Shown: positions 26,952 to 37,253, counted from the first letter of the stretch. The stretch: 64,000 bases of DNA from Steroidobacteraceae bacterium (GCA_049792815.1 JBARBG010000081.1:8296-72295), one strand, 5' to 3'. Numbers and translations: made by a program. Notes: generated by a model from the letters alone, not told the origin.

Positions 26952-27949
26952 GTGGGCTATTTCGCAGGAAGGGCGCTTGGCCCAATGCAGTCATGATTGC
27001 CTACACACTTGGCGGCTGGGCGCTCGGAGTGTGGCTGCTCACGCGCCCCGAGTTCCTCCTGAATATCGCCGGCGTGCTCCTCACGGCACATACGCTCGTT
27101 TGTTCCGGTTACATGATTCATGAATGCGCGCATCAGAATGTGTTCGCACGCATTGCTTCCAACGATCGGCTCGGAATGCTGATGGGCTGGTTGAACGGGG
27201 CATGCGTGGCCGATTATCAGAGGCTCAAGATGAAGCACCTGCGCCATCACACCGATCGGCTGGACGTTGTGACCTTCGACTACCGCGCCGTCCTCAAGCG
27301 GGCACCGCCGTGGATTCGCCGTGCGGTGCTGGCGCTCGAGTGGGCTTATTTCCCGGTCGTGGAGTTCATGATGCGCGTCATGGTCGTTGTGGCACCTTGG
27401 TACGACGGAACCGTTCGTGAACGGGTGCGCACGGTGACCCTGATGGCGGTGCGGGTGGCGTTATGGGTTGCACTGGCGCTGGTATCGGTGAAGGCACTGG
27501 TGCTGTATGGCGTCTCCTATCTCATATTCCTGCACGTGCTGCGTTTCATGGACGCCTTCCAGCACACTTATGACGTGTTTCCGTCGCGATCGCTGTCTGC
27601 GGCGCCGCCCGATCCGCGTCGCACGCGCCGCTACGAGTACGAGAACACCTACTCGAACCTGTTGGCGACCCGTCGGACCTGGCTCAATCTGCTGGTGCTG
27701 AATTTCCCCTACCACAATGCGCATCACACCAAGACCGGCGTGCCGTGGTATGAGCTGCCGGCTCTGCACCGTGAACTCTACGGCGAGCATGATCCGCAGG
27801 TCATACCCTCTCGCAGCTTGATCGTGAATTACCACCGTCACCGGGTAGCGCGCGTCCTGGCAGAGGATTACGGTTCGGTGGCCCACGGGCAGCAGCGCGC
27901 CAGCGGCTTTCTCGGGGCGGTGGGCGTCTCGTTCCTGACGGCCGTATGA
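26948..27949 (+). CDS. Membrane fatty-acid-desaturase/hydroxylase family di-iron enzyme
   Basis: 333 aa, TM-rich, with three His boxes HECAHQ, HLRHH and HNAHH. ATGA overlap upstream. Confidence 0.75.
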   Translation: MSGLFRRKGAWPNAVMIAYTLGGWALGVWLLTRPEFLLNIAGVLLTAHTLVCSGYMIHECAHQNVFARIASNDRLGMLMGWLNGACVADYQRLKMKHLRHHTDRLDVVTFDYRAVLKRAPPWIRRAVLALEWAYFPVVEFMMRVMVVVAPWYDGTVRERVRTVTLMAVRVALWVALALVSVKALVLYGVSYLIFLHVLRFMDAFQHTYDVFPSRSLSAAPPDPRRTRRYEYENTYSNLLATRRTWLNLLVLNFPYHNAHHTKTGVPWYELPALHRELYGEHDPQVIPSRSLIVNYHRHRVARVLAEDYGSVAHGQQRASGFLGAVGVSFLTAV

Positions 27950-28599
27950 GCGCTGCGGGTGCAACCGCGCTCATTGTGATCGACATGCAGCGCGACTTCC
28001 TCGACCCGCGCGGCTACATTGGCCACAGTGGCGTCGATGTCGGCATACTGCGCGCCGCCATCCCCAATGTGCGGCGGCTGCTCGATGCCGCGCGCTCCGC
28101 CGATATTCATGTGGTTCACACCCGCGAAGGGCATCGCCGGGATCTGGCCGATCTCAACCCCGCCAAGGCCCGGCGTGCCGCTCGCGTTGGTGCGGCGATC
28201 GGCAGTCAGGGCCCGCTCGGTCGGCTGCTGGTGCGCGGAGAGCAGGGGCACGGGATCATCGATGAACTGTTACCTCTGCCCGCGGAGGTCGTTATCGACA
28301 AGCCGGGGTTTGGCGCCTTCTATGCGACGGATCTGGAGCTCGTGCTGCGCGCCTGGGGAGTGACATCATTGACGTTGGCTGGAGTCACGACTGATATTTG
28401 CGTGCACTCGACGCTGCGCGAGGCGGTCGACCGCGGCTTCGAGTGTCAAACCGTTGGCGACGCATGCGCGGCGGCCGATAGCTCGATCCATGAGGCGATG
28501 CTTCGCTGCATCGCGGGCGAGGGTGGGATACTGGGTCGGGTCGTGAGCACCACTGAGGCAGTGGCAGCGTGGGGCCGCGATTCTCGCAGCGGTACCTGA
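27946..28599 (+). CDS. Isochorismatase-like cysteine hydrolase
   Basis: 217 aa with LIVIDMQRDF (Asp) and TLAGVTTDICVHST (nucleophile Cys). ATGA overlap upstream. Confidence 0.8.
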   Translation: MSAAGATALIVIDMQRDFLDPRGYIGHSGVDVGILRAAIPNVRRLLDAARSADIHVVHTREGHRRDLADLNPAKARRAARVGAAIGSQGPLGRLLVRGEQGHGIIDELLPLPAEVVIDKPGFGAFYATDLELVLRAWGVTSLTLAGVTTDICVHSTLREAVDRGFECQTVGDACAAADSSIHEAMLRCIAGEGGILGRVVSTTEAVAAWGRDSRSGT

Positions 28600-28626
28600 A
28601 CCCTGCCACTGCGTCCGAGGCGTGGA

Positions 28627-29376
28627 CTATTGCAGCGTAAAGACCAGCGTGGAATTGAATTCGTCGCGATCAGCCAGTACGGGGGATTCGGCCGGCGTGA
28701 CGTATTCGACAGCCAGCACGTACAGCCCGCGCCGATCAAGCGGCACCTTCGCGACGCCTGACGCATCGGTCGGCACGGACTTCGCATCCTTAGGGTCCAT
28801 TACGGTGACGCCGTCGAGAATCCGCACTTTCGCGTCTGTGACGGGCTTACCGCGCAGCTGCACACGCACTTGCAGCGCCTTGCCTCCCGCAAGCGTAAAG
28901 GGGTCCTCGAGGGCAACAAGTTCCAGTTCCTGTCCGAGCACGCGGGTATACGCGCCAGGACCCATGAGCGTTTTCGCGAACTTCGCAACCCAGCGGGTAT
29001 TGGTGCCTTGCGGAATCAGGCGCCGACTGACATTGCGGGATCCTTGTGGCGTGGCGAGCCAATACCCATTGTCATAGCTGGCCGCCATAACGGCATTGGG
29101 GCCTGGCGGATCAAATGGCGGCGTGAGCAGGCTGTTGTTGGATTTTTGCTCAGTGAAGGGGGCCGTCTGCAGCGATGCTGTGCCCTTGTCCCCGATGACT
29201 TCAACATAGGCAAGGCGTTGCACCACGGGAAGGTCGCGGCGATTGGTTTCACCGAAAAATATCGTCGCAACGAGCTGTGATCCGCTCGGTGCGCTTGTCA
29301 GCCACAAATCGTGCGCCGGAAGGTTCCCCGCAAACCCAGCGACGGACACACCCAATAGCAGTGCCCTGATGTTCAT
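28627..29376 (-). CDS. Periplasmic DUF4198-like protein
   Basis: 249 aa from MNIRALLLGVSVAGFAGNLPAHDLWL, i.e. a signal peptide followed by the HDLW start typical of DUF4198. Family named from memory. Confidence 0.6.
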   Translation of the reverse strand: MNIRALLLGVSVAGFAGNLPAHDLWLTSAPSGSQLVATIFFGETNRRDLPVVQRLAYVEVIGDKGTASLQTAPFTEQKSNNSLLTPPFDPPGPNAVMAASYDNGYWLATPQGSRNVSRRLIPQGTNTRWVAKFAKTLMGPGAYTRVLGQELELVALEDPFTLAGGKALQVRVQLRGKPVTDAKVRILDGVTVMDPKDAKSVPTDASGVAKVPLDRRGLYVLAVEYVTPAESPVLADRDEFNSTLVFTLQ

Positions 29377-29538
29377 CGTTAGCTCCGAATTCGTGACGGT
29401 CCGAGGGTATCCGGCGCCATCATAGTCCCTAAACAACGAGTGGGTGGTGGCCGCCAAGACCGAGCTATCGCCTTAGGGCGATGGACGCGTCAGGCGTAAG
29501 TCGTTGATTGCATGGCTGCCCAGGTTGGAGTCGGGAGT

Positions 29539-31566
29539 CTACGCAGGGACGCGCGAACGCCCCGCGATCCGATTTTGTGCTCCGCCTGGAGCAACGCCTG
29601 CGACGACGGCGTCTTCGATCGCTCCCTGAAACTGGGAATTGTAGAGCGCGTAGTACCGCCCCCGTGTGGCAAGCAGCTGCGCATGGCTGCCTTGCTCGAC
29701 AATCGCGCCGTTCTCCATGACGAGAATCACATCGGCATCGCGAATGGTGGACAATCGATGCGCGATGACAAAGCTGGTCCGGTCGGATCGCAGGTTATTC
29801 ATGGCCCGCTGGACCAAGACCTCGGTGCGCGTGTCAACGGAGCTCGTGGCCTCATCCAGAATCAGCAAGGCCGGATTGGCGAGGAATGCCCGAGCAATTG
29901 TCAGTAGCTGCTTTTCACCGGCGCTGACATTGCTGGCCTCCTCATCGATCACAGTCTCATAGCCCTTTGGCAGCGACTGCACGAATCGATCAACGTAGGT
30001 TGCCCTGGCGGCCGCGTGTATCTCGTCTTCGCTGGCCGTAGGCCGACCGTAAGCGATATTGTCCCGGATCGTGCCATGGAATAGCCAAGTATCCTGCAGC
30101 ACCATACCGATATTGGCGCGCAGTATCGCGCGGGGCACTTTGCTGATGTCTACGCCATCCAGAGTTATCCGTCCGGAATCAAGCTCGTAGAAACGCATGA
30201 TCAAGTTGACGAGCGTCGTCTTGCCGGCACCGGTGGGGCCCACGATGGCAACCGTATGTCCGGGTTCAGCGATGAGCGATAGATCGCTGATCAGCGGCTT
30301 GGCGGCATCGTAGGCGAATGCAACACGTTCGAACTCGACCCGCCCACGCGTCGGCTGGAGCACGCCGGTCGCTTCCGCTGAGGTTTCCGGAGCGTCTAGC
30401 AATTCGAATACCCGTTCTGCCGAGGCAACGCCGGACTGCAGCAAATTGGCCATGGCAGCCAGCTGCGTCAGCGGCATGGTAAACATCCGTGAATACTGGA
30501 TGAAGGCCTGCACATCACCCAAATTCAGCGCACCACTGGCCACGCGCAGACCGCCCACCACCGCAATCACGGCATAGTTCAGATTTCCGACGAACATCAT
30601 TGCCGGCATGATCAGGCCCGAAATGAACTGGCCGCCGAAGCTGGCGAGAAACATCTCCTGATTCTTCTCTGCGAACCTGGCTTCGACCTGGGCGCTGCGG
30701 CCAAACACCTTGACCAGGGTATGTCCGCTGAACGCCTCCTCAATCTGCGCGTTGAGCTGCCCGGTGTTCTTCCACTGATTCATGAACTGCTTTTGCGACC
30801 GCTTGGCGATGGTCGCAGTGACCACCATCGAGATCGGGATCGTCACCAAGGCGATGATCGAGAGAACCGGCGAGACCCAGAACATCATGACCGTCACGCC
30901 CACGACCGTGAGCAGGGAGGTGAGCACCTGGCTCATAGTCTGCTGCAGGGACTGCGACACATTGTCGATGTCACTGGTTACCCGACTGAGTATTTCGCCT
31001 CGGGCCATCGAGTCCAGATAGCTCAACGGCAAACGGTGAATCTTGGCTTCGACCTCATTGCGCATGTCGTAGATGGCGCGTTGAACCGCACCGTTGAGCA
31101 GGTAGCCTTGCATCCAAAGCACAAATGCAGAAGCCAGATAAAGTCCGATCGCCAGCATCAAAACCTGCGCCAGATGCGCAAAGTCGATTCCGCGGCCCGG
31201 CACCACATTCAGTCGCCGGACAATGTTCGCCGTTGTCGATTGGCCGGACGCTTCCAGACTCGCGATCGCTTGCGCCTTGGTAAGCTGCGTGGACAAGTGC
31301 TGCCCAACGACCCCGGTGAATATGATATCCGTACCGCGGCCCAGGATCTTCGGACCCACCACGCTCATCAAAATTCCGGAAATCGCAAGCAGGACCACGG
31401 CGATCAGTGTCGGACGCTCCGACCTCAGGTGGCCTAGCAAACGTCTCAATGACGGACCAAAACTGACGGATTTCTCGGTTGGACGTGGGCCGCCGAACAT
31501 TCGCGGCCCCCCCGCAGGGGGAGCATATTTCGGGCGCTCCGCGGACTTCGGTGCCGGGGTACTCAT
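29539..31566 (-). CDS. ABC exporter, fused permease/ATPase (MdlB-like half-transporter)
   Basis: 675 aa from MSTPAPKS, with six TM segments, Walker A GPTGAGKTT and signature VSAGEKQ. ATGA overlap with the upstream partner. Confidence 0.85.
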   Translation of the reverse strand: MSTPAPKSAERPKYAPPAGGPRMFGGPRPTEKSVSFGPSLRRLLGHLRSERPTLIAVVLLAISGILMSVVGPKILGRGTDIIFTGVVGQHLSTQLTKAQAIASLEASGQSTTANIVRRLNVVPGRGIDFAHLAQVLMLAIGLYLASAFVLWMQGYLLNGAVQRAIYDMRNEVEAKIHRLPLSYLDSMARGEILSRVTSDIDNVSQSLQQTMSQVLTSLLTVVGVTVMMFWVSPVLSIIALVTIPISMVVTATIAKRSQKQFMNQWKNTGQLNAQIEEAFSGHTLVKVFGRSAQVEARFAEKNQEMFLASFGGQFISGLIMPAMMFVGNLNYAVIAVVGGLRVASGALNLGDVQAFIQYSRMFTMPLTQLAAMANLLQSGVASAERVFELLDAPETSAEATGVLQPTRGRVEFERVAFAYDAAKPLISDLSLIAEPGHTVAIVGPTGAGKTTLVNLIMRFYELDSGRITLDGVDISKVPRAILRANIGMVLQDTWLFHGTIRDNIAYGRPTASEDEIHAAARATYVDRFVQSLPKGYETVIDEEASNVSAGEKQLLTIARAFLANPALLILDEATSSVDTRTEVLVQRAMNNLRSDRTSFVIAHRLSTIRDADVILVMENGAIVEQGSHAQLLATRGRYYALYNSQFQGAIEDAVVAGVAPGGAQNRIAGRSRVPA

Positions 31567-33296
31567 GCTGCCTCCTCCGCGCTGAGCTGGGAGTCGACTA
31601 TCTCGGCGTACGTGGCGCAACTGGCCAGCAGGACCTCATGCGGCCCATCGCCAGCGACCAGCCCGGCTTCCAGGACGACTATATGATCCGCGGCCGCTAT
31701 GGTGGCGACACGCTGACTGACGACGATCAATGCCGCTTGGCGCGTTTCCGCCTTGAGCGCCGCGCGCAAACGAGCGTCGGTCGCGACATCCAGCGCGGAG
31801 AACGAATCGTCAAAAATGTAAATGGCGGGCCTTCTGACCAAGGCGCGCGCAATGGCCAGCCTCTGTCGCTGTCCGCCAGAAACGTTCGATCCGCCCTGCG
31901 CGATCACTGCCTCTAGTTCACCGGGCATCGCTCGGACGAAGTCCGCAGCCTGGGCGACCTCGAGCGCGTGCCACAGTTCGGCATCGGTCGCGTCCGGCTT
32001 TCCGTATCGCAGATTGCTGGCCACGGTGCCGCTGAAGAGATAGGCCTTCTGAGGGACCAATCCGATCTTGTCACCCAGCGCCTGTGGATCGATGTTGCGC
32101 ACGTCCACACCGTCGACCAGGACTTCGCCGCCCGTGACATCGAATAACCTTGAGATCAGGGAGACCAGGGTGGTTTTTCCAGTGCCTGTCGAACCGATGA
32201 TTGCGGTGGTCTCCCCGGGCCTGGCCATAAAGGAGATATCACTCAGGACCGGCAGATCCGCGCCCGGGTACGTGAATTGTGCGTGCCGCACCTCCACCGT
32301 GCATGCACCCGCGCATACCGCCTGCGGATGAGCCGACGGCACCACACTGGGCGGCGTACGCAAGACTTCCTGAATTCGCTCGGCGCAAACGATCGCACGG
32401 GGCGCCATCATCAACAGGAAGGTCGCCATCATCACGGACATCAGAATCTGGACCAGATAGGTCAGGAACGCAGTCATGGTGCCGATTTGCATATGCCCGG
32501 CGGCGATACGTTCGGCTCCGAACCAGATGACCCCTACGCTGAAGACGTTCATGATCAGTGAGACAATCGGGAAGAACGACGCCATCCAACGTCCGGCCGA
32601 TGTGGCCACCGCAGTGACATCCCCATTGGCGCGCGCAAATCGCTCCTGTTCGTAAGGCTCGCGAACGAATGCGCGTACGACCCGGATGCCGGTGATTTGC
32701 TCGCGCAGCACCCGGTTCACCACATCGATGCGGCTTTGCAGCATGCGAAACAGTGGGCCCATTTTCACGACCACTACGCTGATCGGGACCGCCAGAACCG
32801 GCACGGCAACCACGACCAGCCACGACAGGCCCGAGTCCTCGCGTACCGCCATAATGACGCCACCAATCATGGTGATTGGCGCGGAGACCAGCATGGTGCA
32901 CGACATCAGCACCAGCATTTGCACCTGCTGAACATCATTGGTGTTGCGGGTGATCAGCGATGGCGCGCCGAAATTGTTGAGTTCCCGCCCCGAGAACGCC
33001 AGCACCTGCCCAAAGATCGCGCGGCGCAAGTCACGACCGAAGCTCATGGCCGCTTTGGCACCGAAATATACCGAAGTTATCGCGCATAGCCCTTGCAGTG
33101 CGCTCACCGCCAACATCCACCCACCGGTACGCCAAATGAAACCGATGTTGCCTTTCGCGAGCCCCTGGTCGATGAGCGCGGCATTCAAGGTCGGTAGGTA
33201 CAGGGAGGCCATCGTGCTGGCCAGGGACAGCAGCAGAACCAACGACAGGAAGCCGCGGTAGGGAGCCAGAAACACGCGCATCGTGCGGATCAGCAT
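31563..33296 (-). CDS. ABC exporter, fused permease/ATPase (MdlA-like half-transporter)
   Basis: 577 aa with GSTGTGKTT, VSGGQRQR and IFDDSFSALD. Forms a heterodimer-type gene pair. Confidence 0.85.
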   Translation of the reverse strand: MLIRTMRVFLAPYRGFLSLVLLLSLASTMASLYLPTLNAALIDQGLAKGNIGFIWRTGGWMLAVSALQGLCAITSVYFGAKAAMSFGRDLRRAIFGQVLAFSGRELNNFGAPSLITRNTNDVQQVQMLVLMSCTMLVSAPITMIGGVIMAVREDSGLSWLVVVAVPVLAVPISVVVVKMGPLFRMLQSRIDVVNRVLREQITGIRVVRAFVREPYEQERFARANGDVTAVATSAGRWMASFFPIVSLIMNVFSVGVIWFGAERIAAGHMQIGTMTAFLTYLVQILMSVMMATFLLMMAPRAIVCAERIQEVLRTPPSVVPSAHPQAVCAGACTVEVRHAQFTYPGADLPVLSDISFMARPGETTAIIGSTGTGKTTLVSLISRLFDVTGGEVLVDGVDVRNIDPQALGDKIGLVPQKAYLFSGTVASNLRYGKPDATDAELWHALEVAQAADFVRAMPGELEAVIAQGGSNVSGGQRQRLAIARALVRRPAIYIFDDSFSALDVATDARLRAALKAETRQAALIVVSQRVATIAAADHIVVLEAGLVAGDGPHEVLLASCATYAEIVDSQLSAEEAA

Positions 33297-33570
33297 GTGG
33301 GGCCTTTCTGAAGGGTTAGAGACCTGACAACGAGCACTGCCGTCGGGCGGCTATACGATTTTCTTGAGATCTGACTCGTATCGCTGGCCAGTCTAGCAGC
33401 GCAGTTCCGTCCTCGCGGCCTGCCTACGCTGTTGACGCATGGGCCGCCGAAATATTGTATGCGCGGTTCAACGGTCGCCGCGGACACACTCCCGGCGTGC
33501 TGAACGAAACTGCTCACGGCCTCCTGGAGGACCTTCGCGGCCAGCATCCGACCTAGGTTCCGCACCGGAG

Positions 33571-33666
33571 GGTTTCAGGCGAATCGGGGTTCACGACCTC
33601 AAGCACACGTGCGGACGACGGTTGAGGGCGGCTGGAGTGGGGTTCGAGGATCGGCGGGACATCCTA
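33571..33666 (+). pseudogene. Relic of a tyrosine recombinase (integrase C-terminal catalytic box only)
   Basis: Translates to GFRRIGVHDLKHTCGRRLRAAGVGFEDRRDIL, which resembles the HDLRHT...aGv... box II region. No intact ORF. Lies 70 nt from the 3' end of tRNA-Asn. Confidence 0.45.
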
Positions 33667-33733
33667 GTGCTGCCAGCAAGCGCTTCTAGGCGAGACCGGG
33701 AGCGGATTGTATGTCATAAGTGATTGATTTCAC

Positions 33734-33808
33734 TGGCTCCCCGGGTTGGAATCGAACCAACGACCAACGGATTAACAGTCCGACGCTCTACCGCTGAGCT
33801 ACCGAGGA
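33734..33808 (-). tRNA. tRNA-Asn (GTT)
   Basis: 75 nt: TCCTCGGTAGCTCAGCGGTAGAGCGTCGGACTGTTAATCCG...GGTTCGATTCCAACCCGGGGAGCCA. Cloverleaf folded by hand; anticodon loop CTGTTAA. Confidence 0.9.
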
Positions 33809-33895
33809 ACACGCAGGTGAAATCGAGGTGCGGCGGATTTTGCTGACGCAGCGCGCTGGCGTCAAGCGTGGGCCGCGCGCGCCCAGGCCCGTCTC

Positions 33896-35119
33896 TCAAC
33901 CCGTCGCTGCCATGGGCGCCTGACCGGCGGGGAGGCCGCCGGTGATCACGCGCCGCATGCGCTCAAGAGCCTGTTCGAGGGTCTGCATGCTGCAGGCGAA
34001 GGACAGGCGGATGTGGCCGGGAGCACCGAAGCCGCTGCCCGGGACAACGGCGACGCCGCCTTGGGCAAGCAAGAGCTCGGCAAATTCGCCGTCCTCACGG
34101 CACCCCAGAATCGCCATGGCCTTGCTGACATCCGCGAAGGCGTAGAACGTTCCGGCACCCGGTATGCAGGACACGCCGGGCAGGGTGTTCAGACCCTGGA
34201 CGATGAAGTCATGGCGCGCCTTGAAGGCATCGTTCATTTTGGCGACGCAGGCCTGGTCGCCGTTGAGCGCCACGGTGGCTGCCTTTTGCGAAATGCTCGA
34301 GGCATTCGAGGTCGACTGTCCTTGGATGGTGGACATCGCCGTGATGAGCTCACGCGGGCCGCCGCAGTAACCGATGCGCCAGCCGGTCATGGCATAGCCC
34401 TTGGACACGCCATTGATGGTGACGGTGCGGTTGTAGAGCTCCGGCACTGCCGTCAGCAAGCTGCAGAAAGGCTCGGGGTCCCAGAAGATCTTCTCGTACA
34501 TGTCATCGGTACCGATGACGATGCGCGGATGGTTGAGCAGCACCTCGCCCAGTGCGCGAAGTTCCGCCCGGGTGTACGCCGCGCCGGTGGGATTGCAGGG
34601 GCTGTTGAGCAACACCAGCCGGGTCTTCGGCGTGATCGAGGTCGCAAGCTGCCGCGGGGTGATCTTGTAGCCCTGCGCGGCGCCTGCGAAGGGCATGACC
34701 GGCAGGCCGTCGGACAGCAGCACCATGTCCGGGTAGGACACCCAGTATGGTGCCGGAATAATGGCCTCATCGCCCGGATCAAGGATGGCCATGCACAGGT
34801 TGTAGAGGGTCTGCTTGGCGCCGCAGGACACCAGGATCTGCGGGCGCTCGTATTCGATGCCATTGTCGCGCTTGAACTTGGCGATGATGGCGTCCTTGAG
34901 CTCATTGGTGCCATCCACATTGGTATAGCGCGTGAAGCCCCCCTTGATGGCGTCGATGCCGGCCTGCGCGATGTGCGCCGGCGTATCGAAGTCCGGCTCA
35001 CCGGCGCCCAGGCCGATGACGTCGTGACCTTCAGCCTTCAGGCGCGCGGCGCGCGCCGTGACGGCCAGAGTGGGCGAGGGCTTGACGCGCTGGGCGCGTC
35101 GTGAAACTGGTAGGCTCAT
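33896..35119 (-). CDS. PLP-dependent aspartate/aromatic aminotransferase (class I)
   Basis: 407 aa with GAGEPDFDTP, NPCNPTG and SKGYAMTGWRIGY (PLP lysine region). Confidence 0.85.
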   Translation of the reverse strand: MSLPVSRRAQRVKPSPTLAVTARAARLKAEGHDVIGLGAGEPDFDTPAHIAQAGIDAIKGGFTRYTNVDGTNELKDAIIAKFKRDNGIEYERPQILVSCGAKQTLYNLCMAILDPGDEAIIPAPYWVSYPDMVLLSDGLPVMPFAGAAQGYKITPRQLATSITPKTRLVLLNSPCNPTGAAYTRAELRALGEVLLNHPRIVIGTDDMYEKIFWDPEPFCSLLTAVPELYNRTVTINGVSKGYAMTGWRIGYCGGPRELITAMSTIQGQSTSNASSISQKAATVALNGDQACVAKMNDAFKARHDFIVQGLNTLPGVSCIPGAGTFYAFADVSKAMAILGCREDGEFAELLLAQGGVAVVPGSGFGAPGHIRLSFACSMQTLEQALERMRRVITGGLPAGQAPMAATG

Positions 35120-35225
35120 GAATTCCTGAAGGCGTCGCGGGAGGTAACGGGCACACGTATATTACGGGATTGCGTCCGTGGCCACCAATTCCACTCGACT
35201 CTTGAGAGGCATTTCGGAATTTTCG

Positions 35226-37253
35226 ATGGAACGCTTGCCGTTCAAACTGCAATCTGATTACGAACCGGCCGGAGACCAGCCGGCGGCGATCGAGAAACTC
35301 GTCGAAGGGCTGACGAGCGGTCTAGCGCATCAGACTCTGTTGGGCGTCACCGGTAGCGGCAAAACGATGACGGTTGCCTGCGTCATCGACAAGGTGCAGC
35401 GTCCCACGCTGGTGCTGGCCCACAACAAGACTCTGGCTGCGCAGCTATATGGGGAATTTCGTGAGTATTTTCCGGGCAATGCGGTGGAATACTTCGTTTC
35501 CTATTATGACTACTACCAGCCCGAAGCCTATCTGCCCTCCACGGACACCTATATAGAGAAGGACTCCTCGATCAACGAGCACATCGAGCAGATGCGGCTG
35601 TCGGCGACCAAGGCGCTTCTGGAGCGCTCCGACTCCATCATCGTGGCGACAGTCTCGGCGATCTATGGCCTTGGCGATCCACAGGCCTACCTGTCCATGG
35701 TGCTGCACGTCGTTCGTGGGGACCGCATGGATCAGCGCCGGCTGCTGCGACGCCTCGCGGACATGCAGTACACGCGCAACGAGCTGGACCTCACGCAAGG
35801 CACCTACCGCGTTCGCGGGGATGTGGTGGATGTGTTTCCGGCGGAGTCCAGTCGCGAAGCGGTGCGCATTGAACTCTTCGACGACACCATTGATTCCATT
35901 TCGCTTTTTGATCCGCTCACGGGGCAGGTGGCGCGCAAGCTGCCGCGCTACACCATCTATCCGGGGACACATTATGTGACCCCGCGCGAGCGGGTGATCG
36001 GCGCCGTCGATCAGATCCGGGAGGATCTGCGCCTGCGTCTGGCGCAGCTGCGGGAGGACAGCAAGCTTCTGGAAGCCCAGCGCCTCGAGCAGCGCACCAT
36101 GTTCGACATGGAAATGATGCAGGAGGTCGGCTACTGCGCCGGAATCGAAAACTATTCGCGCTACCTGTCGGGCCGTGAACCGGGTGAGCCGCCGCCTTGC
36201 CTGTTCGATTACCTGCCGCGCGATGCGCTTCTCATCATTGATGAAAGCCACCAGACCATCCCGCAGCTGGGTGCCATGTACAAGGGCGACCGCTCGCGCA
36301 AGGAAACCCTCGTGGAATACGGCTTCCGCCTGCCCTCGGCGCTGGACAACCGGCCGCTGAAGTTCGAGGAGTGGGAGCAGATTGCGCCGCAGATGATATT
36401 CGTATCGGCCACCCCGGGCTCCTACGAAAAGTCGCATGCCGCACAGGTGGTGGAGCAGGTGGTTCGGCCCACGGGTCTGGTGGACCCGCAGGTCGAGGTG
36501 CGCCCGGTGCGCACCCAGGTCGACGACGTGCTCTCGGAGATCACCGTGCGCGTGGCCAAGAACGAGCGGGTGCTGATCACCGTGCTCACCAAGCGTATGG
36601 CGGAGGATCTCACCGACTATCTGCATGACCACGACGTGCGCGTGCGCTACCTGCACTCGGATGTCGAGACCGTGGAGCGCACCGAAATCATCCGTGACCT
36701 CAGGCTTGGCCGCTTTGATGTGCTGGTGGGCATCAATCTCCTGCGCGAGGGACTGGACATGCCGGAGGTGTCGCTGGTCGCGATCCTCGATGCCGACAAG
36801 GAGGGCTTCCTGCGCTCGGACAATTCCCTGATCCAGACCATCGGCCGCGCCGCCCGCAACCTCAACGGACGGGCCATCCTGTACGCCGACCGGGTGACAG
36901 GTTCGATGCAGCGGGCACTGGATGAGACCGAGCGGCGCCGCAATAAACAGATTGAGTTCAACGCGCTGCACGGCATCACCCCGCGCGGCATCGTCAAGGG
37001 CGTGACGGACATCATGGAAGGCGCCCGTTCTGCGGCGCCGCAACCCACCGGCAGGCGTCGCGGCAGGGAGCGCGCACAGGACACGGCGGCCGTGTCGCAG
37101 AGCAGCCTGGAGCCGGCGGCGATCGTGCGTCAGATCAAGGCCCTGGAAATTCGGATGTTCGCCAAGGCCCGGGAGCTTGAGTTCGAGGAGGCGGCCGCGC
37201 TGCGCGATCAGATCGAGAAACTCAAGCAGATCGAACTGGGACTTGCCGGGTAA
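35226..37253 (+). CDS. uvrB: Excinuclease ABC subunit B
   Basis: 675 aa from [19 protein letters not shown], with GVTGSGKT, a DESH box and a C-terminal UVR domain. Confidence 0.95.
   Translation: MERLPFKLQSDYEPAGDQPAAIEKLVEGLTSGLAHQTLLGVTGSGKTMTVACVIDKVQRPTLVLAHNKTLAAQLYGEFREYFPGNAVEYFVSYYDYYQPEAYLPSTDTYIEKDSSINEHIEQMRLSATKALLERSDSIIVATVSAIYGLGDPQAYLSMVLHVVRGDRMDQRRLLRRLADMQYTRNELDLTQGTYRVRGDVVDVFPAESSREAVRIELFDDTIDSISLFDPLTGQVARKLPRYTIYPGTHYVTPRERVIGAVDQIREDLRLRLAQLREDSKLLEAQRLEQRTMFDMEMMQEVGYCAGIENYSRYLSGREPGEPPPCLFDYLPRDALLIIDESHQTIPQLGAMYKGDRSRKETLVEYGFRLPSALDNRPLKFEEWEQIAPQMIFVSATPGSYEKSHAAQVVEQVVRPTGLVDPQVEVRPVRTQVDDVLSEITVRVAKNERVLITVLTKRMAEDLTDYLHDHDVRVRYLHSDVETVERTEIIRDLRLGRFDVLVGINLLREGLDMPEVSLVAILDADKEGFLRSDNSLIQTIGRAARNLNGRAILYADRVTGSMQRALDETERRRNKQIEFNALHGITPRGIVKGVTDIMEGARSAAPQPTGRRRGRERAQDTAAVSQSSLEPAAIVRQIKALEIRMFAKARELEFEEAAALRDQIEKLKQIELGLAG

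Noticed and set aside
33714-33899. 61-aa ORF over tRNA-Asn, and ORFs 44716-45054(-), 44723-44932(+), 37300-37884(+) over tRNA-Pro and tRNA-Val
   Set aside because: They overlap well-folding tRNA genes and have no coding signatures.
35120-35225. SOS (LexA) box upstream of uvrB
   Set aside because: No CTGT-N8-ACAG or TTAGTA-type palindrome was found in the promoter region.
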